Shown here piece by piece: positions 1 to 10,898 of a stretch of DNA of 64,000 nt (position 1 is its first letter; each line of letters opens with the position of its first letter). Position numbers and translations under genes: made by a program. The DNA lies in assembly GCF_009914755.1 (NCBI RefSeq), contig NC_060926.1; one strand, written 5' to 3'. This stretch comes from the human T2T-CHM13v2.0 reference genome, Homo sapiens. The notes beneath the pieces are model-generated. The model was not told the DNA's origin. It saw nothing but the letters and a program-made list of their open reading frames with translations, and searched no databases.

Positions 1-339
1 AACATCTAAATAGTTATAATGGATACAGCAATTTTTATACCTTCACTCCATAGAATTAAAAATGAAGCTTACAGAATATATGTGATTTTGCTGAGATCCA
101 CCGCTAGACTTCTTTATTTATAACCTCTTGCCTGAACAATATATTCATTCATAATAATTTGACAGTGATTATTCAGAATGAGAAATTAAAATGATAGATG
201 TTTTATAAGAAACATACATTTGTCTTTTTAAACCCTCATTATATTGGTTTTCACCTGGGCTACAGAAAGCTGGAAATAGTGTGACTTCTACTCTTTTCAA
301 GATTAAAAGTCAGATAATCTACAAAATCAATCTACACGA

Positions 340-2250
340 GTATCTGTAAAAACTTTACTGTTAACATTGTACTCGATAGTAAAATATTGAAAAAAATTCT
401 TGAAATCAGGAAAAAGGCAAAGATTCCAATTTTTACTGTTTTAATTTATGATTACATAGCAGTTCCCAGCCAATGTGAGAAGATGATAAATAAATAGACA
501 TAAGGATTGGAAAAAAACTAAATACACTCTAGCTAATATTCACAGAAGACATGAATATAAACAAAATTCTAAAAGTGCTGAGAAATAGACTATTAGAATT
601 AACAGGTTAATCCATGGAGGCTTCTAGATACAAGGTAAATAAAAATAAAATCAGTCATATTTTAATATACTGGGAACAAATAGATACTTATATTTTTAAA
701 GTGATAGCTTTTACAATAGCATTGGAGAAAATCCAGAATTTACTAAAGTAATCTAATAAAAGTTATACAAGAGTTTATTACCAAAGGTGATTGGAATAAC
801 AGAATAGAGGATTGTGAAACACATCCACACATAAATGGTCACTTGAGATATGACAAAGGCAAGAGTGTAGAAGTGAAGAAGAGTTTCTTTTTGATGAATA
901 GTGCTGGGTCATTTGGATAGTTATATGGGATATAATATGTATAAGAACCACACACAAAAATCAATTCCATATGGATTTCATGTGTAAATATAAAATACTT
1001 CTACTTTAAAGGAAGATGTAGGAGAACATCTTTATGTACTTGTAGTAAGCAAGAATTTTCTTTTTAAAAAGGACATAAATTGTGCTAGGAAAAATGATAC
1101 AACAGTCCATATTAAAAGTAGGAACTTCAGTTCGTCAAAAGACAACAGTAAGCAGGTAAAAAGAGTAGCCTACAGAGTTATAGTGTGGGAGAATATATGT
1201 TTGATGGGCATACTTGCAGAACATGTAAACATTCCAACAAATCAACAGAAATGAAAGATAGCTTAATGGACAATGGATGATTACAAGTTTCAAAATAAAA
1301 TTTCCAAATAAAAAATTGTATAAAATGTGTTCAATGTAATTAAATATGCAATTAAATTATACAAAATAAAAGCACAATAAAGCTTCACTACCTCCACTAG
1401 AATGAATAAAATGGAACAAAATTTTATTTTTTTGGAGAATGATTTGGAGCAACTGGAACTCTCTGGTCCTTCATATGCATGTGTTATGAGCTAGCAATTA
1501 CACATATGGTTATGTATCTGATCTGAAATCTGATCACATTCACAGAACCACTATTATAATACTCAAAACATAAAGACCAGCAGAATCCTTTTCAATAACT
1601 ATAATGAATAATTAACTTGTGATGTGTTCTATTAACAAAATACTGTACAGCAATGAAAACGAACTGCAATTCCACACAATATGTGGAGTATTAATATCAC
1701 AAACATGATATTAATATTCAAGCTTGCAAATAATTCATGTTTGTCATAAGAAAAGTTGAATAGATAAAGAGGTAGATAGCCATTTTTGAGAACAATCTAG
1801 AAATACATATAACAATGAATGTATTATTCCTTGGTATATCGTCCAAATTAACTCTCCTATATGAGTTCAAAAATACATATTTTAAAGGGTGTTCTTGCAT
1901 ATCTATTTGTAGCAGTGGAAAAATGGGAGAATACAGAAATATATCATTAAGCATAAATTTTACTAAGAAAATAAAAAATATAGTAAAATTTTTCAATAGG
2001 TATAGACCTCAAAACATAATTTAAATAAAAATTATAAAAATGAGATTATACACAAGTTCATCTATGTACATTTTTATATACACATAAACATATAAAAGAA
2101 ATTAAGTGGACATAACTTAGCAAAAATGAATGAAGGATAGTGGAAAGTGATTATAATACTGGAATAAACAAAATATTAATGGTGATAATTATTTTAAAAT
2201 GAGATGAATATAAGGCTTCACTCAGATTGATTATGATAGCATGCCATAAG
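340..2250 (+). mobile_element. Ancient, highly decayed L1 (L1ME/L1M5-like) ORF2 to 3' end remnant
   Basis: A-rich strand bias with degenerate L1 ORF2/3' motifs, e.g. 'attaaaagtaggaacttcagttcgtcaaaagac' and 'gatttggagcaactggaactctc'; boundaries approximate. Confidence 0.6.
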
Positions 2251-2346
2251 TAACTAATAAGTAAATACATTTAAAGAAAAGGAAAACATTATGGATAAAG
2301 TGATAATTTTATAACAGGTATGTCTCAGTTAAAACACTGTTTATCA

Positions 2347-2477
2347 GCCAGACATGGTGGCTTATGCCTGTAATCCCAATGCTTTGGGAGGTTGAGCTGG
2401 GAGGATCCCTTGAAGCTAAGAGTCAGAGACCAGCCTGTGTGACACAGTGAGATCCTACCTCTACAAGAAGTAAAATT
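2347..2477 (+). mobile_element. Alu monomer (FLAM/FRAM-like)
   Basis: 'gccagacatggtggcttatgcctgtaatcccaatgctttgggagg...gagaccagcctg...acagtgagatcc' followed by a short A-rich end; single arm only. Confidence 0.85.
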
Positions 2478-2584
2478 AATTTTAATATTGTCCATGTTGT
2501 CTGTTATAATAAATGTCTAGAATTGAATTTTGAGGGTAGTAATATTTTATATTTTATCCAGCAATAGGGTCAAGCACAAAAGTA

Positions 2585-2750
2585 AAGGCTGCAGAAGCTC
2601 CCAATGCCAGAAACTGCAGAGCCCCAAAGAAGTTGTCACAGCCCTGACTTGGGGAGCTCCTAGGTCTGGGCTCCCTGAAGGGCCACAGCTCTTCTCTCCT
2701 TCTTGTTGCCTGCAATGTGGCAAGCAAAGGATGTGTTGCACAGCCTTCAT
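2585..2750 (-). mobile_element. Isolated internal fragment of a MER52-type LTR
   Basis: 2604-2737 aligns without gaps to 6216-6349 inside the LTR at 5856-7528; 9 mismatches in 134 bp by manual count. Confidence 0.9.
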
Positions 2751-3815
2751 TGGATTAATGCCTATTTGACATTGGAACTTGACCAAGTGGCTGTGAATGA
2801 AACCTCACCCTTGCCCGTTATTTATATCTCAGAAAGGGTTTTGAGAAGCACCTATGTAAGCTATATGCAAGGGCAAAGACAAACTATGTATGTGCAAATT
2901 AAACAAAAATAATTCTCACATTGTATATAAAATAATTGCTGCAGCAGAAGTATAGGCCCTCCAAACCATCTCTAAAGATCCAGACAATATTAAGTCTGGA
3001 ATAGTATTTTCTATGAGAAAGAAAAAAAAAAGAACATAGAATTTATCATTATCAGTTTGATCTCTATAGAAAAGATCCACAATGAAAGGACAAGCAAAGA
3101 GATTTGAATGCTTTTAAGTATAGAATGAGGACTAACAATTTGTGAAATTATAGTTAGAGAAAGGATGATTTTTAACATGGTAGTGTCAGTAGAATCATAT
3201 CTCTAATAAAAGTTGCAATGGAGAGTAGTGAATTTTTGTCAGAAAGTGATTTTATATTCAATTTTGGATAACTCAAAAAGGTTTAATAATGACACTGTAT
3301 ACAAAGGTGTGGATAGGGTATAGTCAATCACAAAGAATCGTTAGTGTATTAATCCTTACACTACTAATAACAAGGCAGTGACATCGGAAAGGTCGGGGAC
3401 AGAAGTGGTTACAGTGAAGTGTGCCACCAAAGAGAAGCTAACTTATTTTTCAGAAGAAAACACTAATCAGAAATTTTAAAATATAGAATAACTATACATT
3501 GAAAAGAATCTGAAAGCATTTTAGATTTACTTTGTTTAACTCTGTACAAAGAAATTAGAATAAACTAGATGAAGAGATATAATTATTTTGGGAAATTACA
3601 TGTTGCTAAAACTGACCCCAGAAGAGGTAGATAATCTGAATAGGTGGATTCCTTTAAAGAAAATGTAACTAGTTGAATTATTCTTGAACCAAAGAAAGAG
3701 TTTCACAAAAATAAGCATTAGGACCCTATTGTTTTAGATAAACTAAGCAAAAATATATACATAAATACAATGCATAAATATGGAAGAGACAAGAAACTAA
3801 GAAATTGCCCAGTGT

Positions 3816-4940
3816 CGATACCACTCAGGCCATAGGCGTGGGCAAGGACTTCATGACTAAAACACCAAAAGCAACGGCAACAAAAGCCAAAATAGACAAA
3901 TCGGATCTAATTAAACTAAAGAGCTTCTGCACAGCAAAAGAAACTACCATCAGAGTGAACAGGCAACCTACAGAATGGGAGAAAATTTTTGCAATCTACT
4001 TATCTGACAAAGGGCTAAGATTCATAATCCACAAAGAACTTAAACAAATTTACAAGAAAAAATCAAACAACCCCATCAAAAAGTAGGTGAAGGATATGAA
4101 CAGAACTTCTCAAAAGAAAACATTTATGCAGCCAAAAGACACATGAAAAAATGCTTATCATCACTGCCCATCAGAGAAATGCAAATCAAAACCACAATGA
4201 GATACCTCCTCATACCAGTTAGAATGGTGATCATTAAAAAGTCAGGAAACAACAGGTGCTGGAGAGGATGTGGAGAAATAGGAACACTTACACTGTTGAT
4301 GGGAGTGTAAATTAGTTCAATCATTGTGGAAGACAGTGTGGTGATTCCTCAAGGATCTAGAACTAGAAATACCATTTGACCCAGTGATCCCATTACTGAG
4401 TGTATACATAAAGGATTATAAATCATGCTACTCTAAAGACACATGCACACGTATGTTTATTGCAGCACTATTCACAATAGCAAAGACTTGGAACCAACCC
4501 AAATGTCCATCAATGATAGCCTGGATTAAGAAAATGTGGCACATATACACCATGGAATACTATGCAGCCATAAAAAAGGATGAGTTCATGTCCTTTGTAG
4601 GGACATGGATGAAGCTGAAAACCATCAATTCTGAGCAAACTATCACAAGGACAGAAAACCAAACACTGCATGTTCTCACTCATAGGTGGGAAATGAATAA
4701 TGAGAACACTTGGACACAGGGTGGGGAACACACACTGGAGCCTGTCCTGGGGTCGGGGGAGCAGGGAGGGATAGCATTAAGAGAAATACCTAATGTAAAT
4801 GACGAGTTAATGGGTACAGCACACCAACATGGCACATGTATACACATATAACAAGGCTGCACGTTGTGCACATGTACCCTAGAACTTAAAGTATAATAAA
4901 AAAAATAAATAAACATAACAATAAAACCCAGCATAAAAAA
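3816..4940 (+). mobile_element. 5'-truncated primate L1 (L1PA5/6-like), ORF2 C-terminus plus 3'UTR
   Basis: ORF2 peptides [25 protein letters not shown] and [24 protein letters not shown]; canonical 3'UTR ending 'ccctagaacttaaagtataataaa'; 17-bp TSD aagaaattgcccagtgt at 3799-3815 and 4941-4957. Confidence 0.95.
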
Positions 4941-5855
4941 AAGAAATTGCCCAGTGTTGTTTAAACTTTTCCAGAGCTGACAGAATAAAAGTTTAGAAGT
5001 TATTTTTATAAGCCATAATATGATAAGCTTATAAGATAAATGTAATGATATAAGAGAACTATGGAAACTTTTTCCTCATAGACACCAATAGAAGAAACAC
5101 AAAATATTGGGAAATACAACCCTGTAATACTATTAAGGAATAGTATACCAATGAAAAGTGAGATTCCTTTGCATCAATATTACAGAACCAAATTTCCCTG
5201 CCAAGACTATTTCCCTCTTTAATCCTTCCATATTGAATTAGAAGTGATGGAATTATTCCCCTCAAAATCCTCAATAATTGCTCCTTTGAAAAATAAAATG
5301 TAATCTTTTTAAAAACTTTAATTTGATATTTATAATGATTTGCATTTGTTCTAATCACAAACTTTTACTAATAGCTTTAAAGTATATACTTAGTCCTCTC
5401 TTTTTAAATAGATATCATCCATTAGTATAGCACAATGAACAATTTTGCAATTTTCTAATAAACTGTTTCTTCCACTTTCCTTCCCCTCTCCAAGATTCTT
5501 GCTTAAGGAAATATTATCTAACTCCTCGTTAACACTTAGAAGATATTAGTGAGCTTTCTCTACTAAGATTTCTCTCACCTATACCTTGATTTGGGATAAT
5601 TTTATTATAACAATCCATCTATAATATCTTTCTAATCACTTTGATATAGATAGCTTTTTGTTATTTGTAAAGATAAATATATTCAATGCTCAATAGCATT
5701 CATTATGCAGACTTTTCTAAACATGTCTTGTCTGTTTGAAGAGGTTTCAGTGATAGATTGTTCAGAAAGCATGGATCAGAAACATATTCACTGATTTATT
5801 GCACATTTACATGTAGTAGCTTTTTATTTTCATCTGGCATGAAATTCAGTCTCAG

Positions 5856-7528
5856 TGTTACGGGATCCTTGGGTGTTGCCTTAGCAGCCAGAAACCTCTG
5901 TGCCCAGTGACACCGTTGCCCAAGTTCTGCTCAGGCCCACTGAGCCCACTCTGCCTGGTAGGCTGTGCTTGGCTCTCACTGCTGGCCTGGATCCCATCCC
6001 TGCCAAGGGCAAGCAGAATGGTGAGGGATATGTTAGTGAGCAAGCATAGAGTACAGCCACTGTGCACAGCCAAGCATGCTGGCTGAAGCAGGATGGGCAG
6101 CTCCAGGCACTGGCATGGGTGCCAGCTCCCTGCAAGGCTGCAGCTGGACCAGGTGTCCTGCTAGCAGCTTCCACGACTGGCACTGCAGAACACGTTGGTG
6201 ACCAGAAGCTTGGAGATGCCAGAAACTGCACAGCCCCAAAGAGGGTGTCACAGCCCTGACTGGGGGAGCTCTTAGGTCTGGGGTCCCCGAAGGGCCACAG
6301 CTCTTTTCTCCTTCTTGTTGCCTGCAATGTGGCAAGCAAAGGACGTGTTTCAGCCCTGCTTGTGTTACAGCTTTTGCAGCCCTGTCATTAGGTGGATCCC
6401 GAGTTCTTGTCCTGTGCCTGGGAAGAATGAGGTACATGGACAAGTGGAGGGTGAGCAAGGTGAAGAGGAATTTTATTGAGTGATAGAACAGCTCAGAGGA
6501 GACTCACAGTGGGTAGCTCCTCTCCACAGCCAGGGTGGCCTGACAAGTGTTCAGTTCTCAGCAGAGAGGTCACTCCGGAGTGGGTAGCTCCTCTCCACAT
6601 CTGGTCATCCTGATTGTCTGCTCAGTTCTCAGCAGAGAAGAGACCCTGGAGTGGATAGCTCCTCTCTGCAGCTGTTTGTCCTGACATCTCTTTTTAAATC
6701 TGGCTGACTCTGGGATTTTTATTAGCTTCAGAGGAGAGGAAGTGCATGCTGACTGGTCCATGGGCAGCCATGGATGGGCCCAGAAAAGTACCATAAATTC
6801 CTACTCTGGCCTGCTGGACTGGCAGTCTAAACCCTAGGCTTCAGGTATTCCCTGGCTTGAAGGTGGGACTTAACCAGGGACTTGCCCCTTTCCACCCAGG
6901 AGCCTGTCTGCCTCCTGCTGCTATTCATGGCAACCAGGTTGGTTGTGCTGAGGGATGCCTGCAGGCCAGTGCCAAGCTGCCCTCAGCCCCCCAGGCCTCC
7001 TTTATATGCTGCTCATTGGTGCCCAAATTCCAGAGGGGGCCCAGGGGTCGGGGGCTAGTGTGTCAGTGCTGCCCTGAGCATGTGCACACCTGGCTGCGTT
7101 GTGACAGCACCAGGGCTTGGCCTCTGCTCTGAGATCAGAGTCGGCACTGGGAGTGGGGAGAAGCCAGGCAGCAGGAGCAGGCACTTGTGAGCCTGTGGGG
7201 GAAGGGGCCTTCTCGGGCCCCCGAGAGTGCAGAGATGCCTAGGTCCACAGCCGTGGCTTGAGTGGCTACAGTTGCGCCCAGGAAGGTGGGGCTCCTGCCT
7301 GCTCACAGACATTAAGAGCATGGGGATGCCCAGATCCACAGCCTCAGCTGGGAGGCTGCAGCTGTGCCCAGGAAATGTGAAGCTCCCACACTGCCAACTC
7401 AGAAGCGGGGGCTTCTGCCTGTTCCCAGCTCTCGCCGGCTCCATGGAGCATCCAGCCCCAGCTGCACCTCTCTCACTGTACCCGGCGTCATGGCAGTGGC
7501 CACTCTAGACAGGCCGCCGCTGCCATCA
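5856..7528 (-). mobile_element. MER52-family ERV1 solo LTR (~1.67 kb)
   Basis: TG...CA termini ('tgttacgggatcc' ... 'ggccgccgctgccatca'); 4-bp TSD tcag at 5852-5855 and 7529-7532; GC-rich; internal repeated 'gtagctcctctc' units at ~6510-6670. Confidence 0.9.
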
Positions 7529-7797
7529 TCAGTATATATAAAATTCTGTTTTCATGTATTATTTCCTTAGGTATTTTAAATGCATTTGCTGCATTGGCAT
7601 CTGGCATAGTCTGCAAACTTTGAAAAGAAAAATGTACTTTCAATTTCCTTTCCCTTTTAAGTGACTTGATGCTTTGTCTGGATCCAAGAGGCCATGTTTT
7701 TTCTCTTAAAATTTCAATAATCTTATCAGATTTTATCAAATCTTATTGTTGACTATCTGAATCAATGTTTCTTTAAAAATCCTTATTTAAAAATTTG

Positions 7798-7921
7798 TTT
7801 TTGTAGATACAGGGTTTAACCATGTTGCCCAGGCTGGTCTCAAACTCTTGAGCTCAAGCAATCCACTTGCCTCAGACTCCCAAAGTGCTGAGATTATAGG
7901 CATGAGCCACTGTGCCTAGCC
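7798..7921 (-). mobile_element. Alu left monomer (FLAM_C/AluJ-like)
   Basis: 'ccatgttgcccaggctggtctcaaactc...cccaaagtgctgagattataggcatgagccactgtgcctagcc'. Confidence 0.88.
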
Positions 7922-8175
7922 AAACTTTGTTATTTTTAAAGAGATTATCCCCAATTTGGCTTTCTGAATTATTTTCAATCCCATTGTTTTTGTTTGTTCG
8001 TTTGTTTTCTTCCTTTCAGGAATTCCAAGTTTGCATTGGATCTTCTTGGCTTCGTTCTATATTTATTATTTTCTTCTTTTTTCTTTTCTGCTTAATTTTA
8101 TTTTCCCTTTTCAATACTATATTTTTGTTGGATATTTGTCATTTCTGTATTTTCTTTTGTTCTATAATTGATTAA

Positions 8176-8811
8176 TTTTTTTTAATATTGGCAACCTCTT
8201 TAATATATAGAGATTAGATGTTATAAAATAAAGACCCATTTGTCTAATATATACACAATATATACAGTATAGCAAAGTTAAATGAAATGCATGTAATATA
8301 TAGGCAATGGATTAAGCTGAAATTTTCTAATAAACACTGGCAAAACACCTTTTTCAATTTCTTCCCTTCCACATTCCTCAATCCAATGAACAGGTACATA
8401 AAGTATGCTGTTCACAGAGGTGGTTCAACAATTCCACTTCCAAACAGCATTTCCCATCAGCTTTTAAAAGCTTTTTGCAAAACATGTCATTCTGTTACTA
8501 TTAAATACATCAAGCACTTCCAAATATCTAGAAAGACTAGACATTTTATGTAACTTGTTCATGTACACAGCAGTGTTAAATAAAATTGCACACACATAAC
8601 AATGGTTATAATCTGAGGTATCTTCTAAATGTGTGTTTTGGCCTTGACCATCACCCCCTCACCTCCTTCTCTCTGCTTTCAATCCAGTGGACAAGCACAG
8701 GCATGTGTAATGCTTAGAGATGGTTGAACAAATTCCTTTCCAAAAGTCATTTACAGAAGATAAGTTTTCCTATGAATTTCAACATAAGGCATACAAAATA
8801 GTTAATTTTAC
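8176..8811 (-). pseudogene. Processed-transcript (retrocopy) fragment, 3'UTR only, resembling the HNRNPA3 3'UTR
   Basis: On the minus strand, ATTAAA (8199-8204) lies ~15 nt before a remnant A tail (T run 8176-8183). The sequence is non-repeat, and its reverse complement ('gcctatatattacatgcatttcatttaactttgctatactgtatatattg', 'ctgatgggaaatgctgtttggaagtggaattgttgaaccacc') matches my recollection of the HNRNPA3 3'UTR; not database-verified. Confidence 0.65.
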
Positions 8812-10898
8812 AAGACATACCCGAGACTGGAAAGAAAAAGAGGTTTAATTGGACTTATAGTTCCACATGGCTGGGGAGACCTCAGAAGCATGGCAGGAGG
8901 TGAAAGGCACTTCTTACATGGCAGCAGCAAGAGAAAATGAGGAAGAAGCAAAAGCAAAAAACCCCGTTAAACCCATCAGACCTCATGAGACTTATTCACT
9001 ATCACAAGTATAGCATGAGAAAGACCGGCCCCCATGATTAAATGACCTCCCCCTGGGTCCCTCCCACAGCACATAGGAATTCTGAGAGAGAAAATTCAAG
9101 TTGAGATTTGGCTGGGGACACAGCCGAACTATATCATTCCATCCCTCACCCCTCCAAAAATCAAAAGCAAGCTAGTTACTTCCTAGATACAATGGTGATA
9201 CAGGCATTAGGTAAATACAGCTGTTCCAAATGAGAGAAATTGGCTGAAACAAAGGGGTTACAAGGCCCATGCAAATCCAAAATCCAGAGGGGAAGTCAAA
9301 TTTTAAAGCTACAAAATGATCTCCTTTGACTCCAGGTCTCACATCCAGGTCACACTAATGCAAAGGTGGGTTCTCATTTTCTTGGGCAGCTCCACCCCTG
9401 TGGCTTTGCAGGGTACAACCTCCTTCCTGGCTGCTTTCAGGGGCTGGCATTGAACGTCTGCAGCTTTTTTAGGTGCACAGTGCAAGCAGTTGGTGGATCT
9501 ACCATTCTGGGTTCTAGAGGATGGTGGCGCTCTTCTCACAGTTCCACAAGGTAGTGCCCCAGTAGAGACTAGGTGTGGGGGCTCCAACCCCACATTTCCT
9601 TTCTGCACTGCCCTAGCAGAGGTTCTTCATGAGGGCCTTGCCCCTGCAGCAAACTTTTGCTTACACATCCAGGCATTTCCATACAGCTTCTGAAACCTAG
9701 ATGGAGGTTCCCAAACCTCAATTCTTGACTTCTGTGCACCTGCAGGCTCAACACGTGGAAGCTGCGAAGGCTTGAGGCTTCCACCCTCTGAAGCCACAGC
9801 CCAAGCTGTACGTAGGCCCCTTTCAGCAATGGCTGGAGTGGCTGGAACCCAGAGCGCCAAGTCCCTCTGCTGCACACAGCACAAGAACCCTGGGCCTGGC
9901 CCATGAAACCAGTTTTTCCTCCTGGGCCTTGGGGCCTGTGATGGTAGGGGCTGCTGTGAAGGTCTCTGACATGACCTGGAGACAGTTTCCCCATGGTCTT
10001 GGGGATTAACATTAGGCCCCTTTCTACTTATGCAAATTTCTGCAGCCGACTTGAATTTCTCCCCAGAAAATGGGTTTTTCTTTTTTATCATATAGTCAGA
10101 CTGCAAATTTTGCAAACTTAATGCTCTACTTCTGAATGCCTTTAACAGTTACCTCTTGAATGCTTTGCTGCTTAGAAATTTCTTCTGCCAGATACACTGA
10201 ATCATCTTTCTCAAGTTCAAAGTTCCACAAGTCTCTAGGGCAGGGGTAAAATGCCACCAACACTCTCTTTGCTAAAACATGACAAGTCACCTTTGCTCCA
10301 GTTCCCAACAAGTTCCTCATCTCCATCTGAGACCACCTCAGCCTGAATTTTATTGTCCATATTGCTATCAGCATTTTGGGCAAAGCCATTCAACAAGTCT
10401 CTAGGAAGTTCCAAGCTTTCCCATATTTTCCTGTCTTTTTCTGAGCCTTTCAAACTGTTCCAATCTCTGCCTGCTACCCAATTCCAATGCTTTCACATTT
10501 TTGGGTATCTTTTCAGCAACATCTGACTCTCGGTACCAATTTACTATATGAGTCTGTATTGACGCTGCTGATAAAGACATAACTGAGACTGGGAAGAAAA
10601 AGAGGTTTAATTGGACTTACAGTTTCACATGGCTGGGGAGACCTTAGGATCATAGCAGGAGGTGTAAGGCACTTCTTACACGGTGGGAGCAAGAGAAAAT
10701 GAGAAAGAAGCAAAAGCGGAAACCCCTGATAAACCCATCAGATCTCATGAGACTTATTCACTATCACGAGAATAGCATGGGTAAGACTGGCCCCCATGGT
10801 TCAATTACCTGCCCCTGGGTCCCTCCCACAACATGTAGGAATTCTGGGAGATACAATTCAAGTTGAGATTTGGGCAAGGACACAGCCAAACCATATCA
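8812..10898 (-). mobile_element. THE1A (MaLR) LTR-internal-LTR element
   Basis: Two similar direct LTRs (8812-9136, terminally truncated; 10545-10898 ending 'cacagccaaaccatatca') flank ~1.4 kb of THE1 internal sequence; the minus-strand ORFs at 9339-10453 are typical MaLR-int remnants. Confidence 0.92.

Noticed and set aside
3805-4851. ORFs resembling reverse transcriptase/ORF2 C-terminus (also 11794-13093, 43334-45351, 51724-54061)
   Set aside because: Frameshifted fragments of dead L1 ORF2, not genes
6500-6670. Three spaced 'gtagctcctctc' repeats, superficially CRISPR-like
   Set aside because: Degenerate tandem units inside the LTR with similar rather than unique spacers; eukaryotic context with no cas genes
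5858-7570. Dense cluster of overlapping 60-150 aa ORFs in a GC-rich island
   Set aside because: They lie within the MER52 solo LTR; high GC lowers stop frequency
9339-10453. Long minus-strand ORFs up to 162 aa
   Set aside because: Decayed THE1 internal ORF remnants
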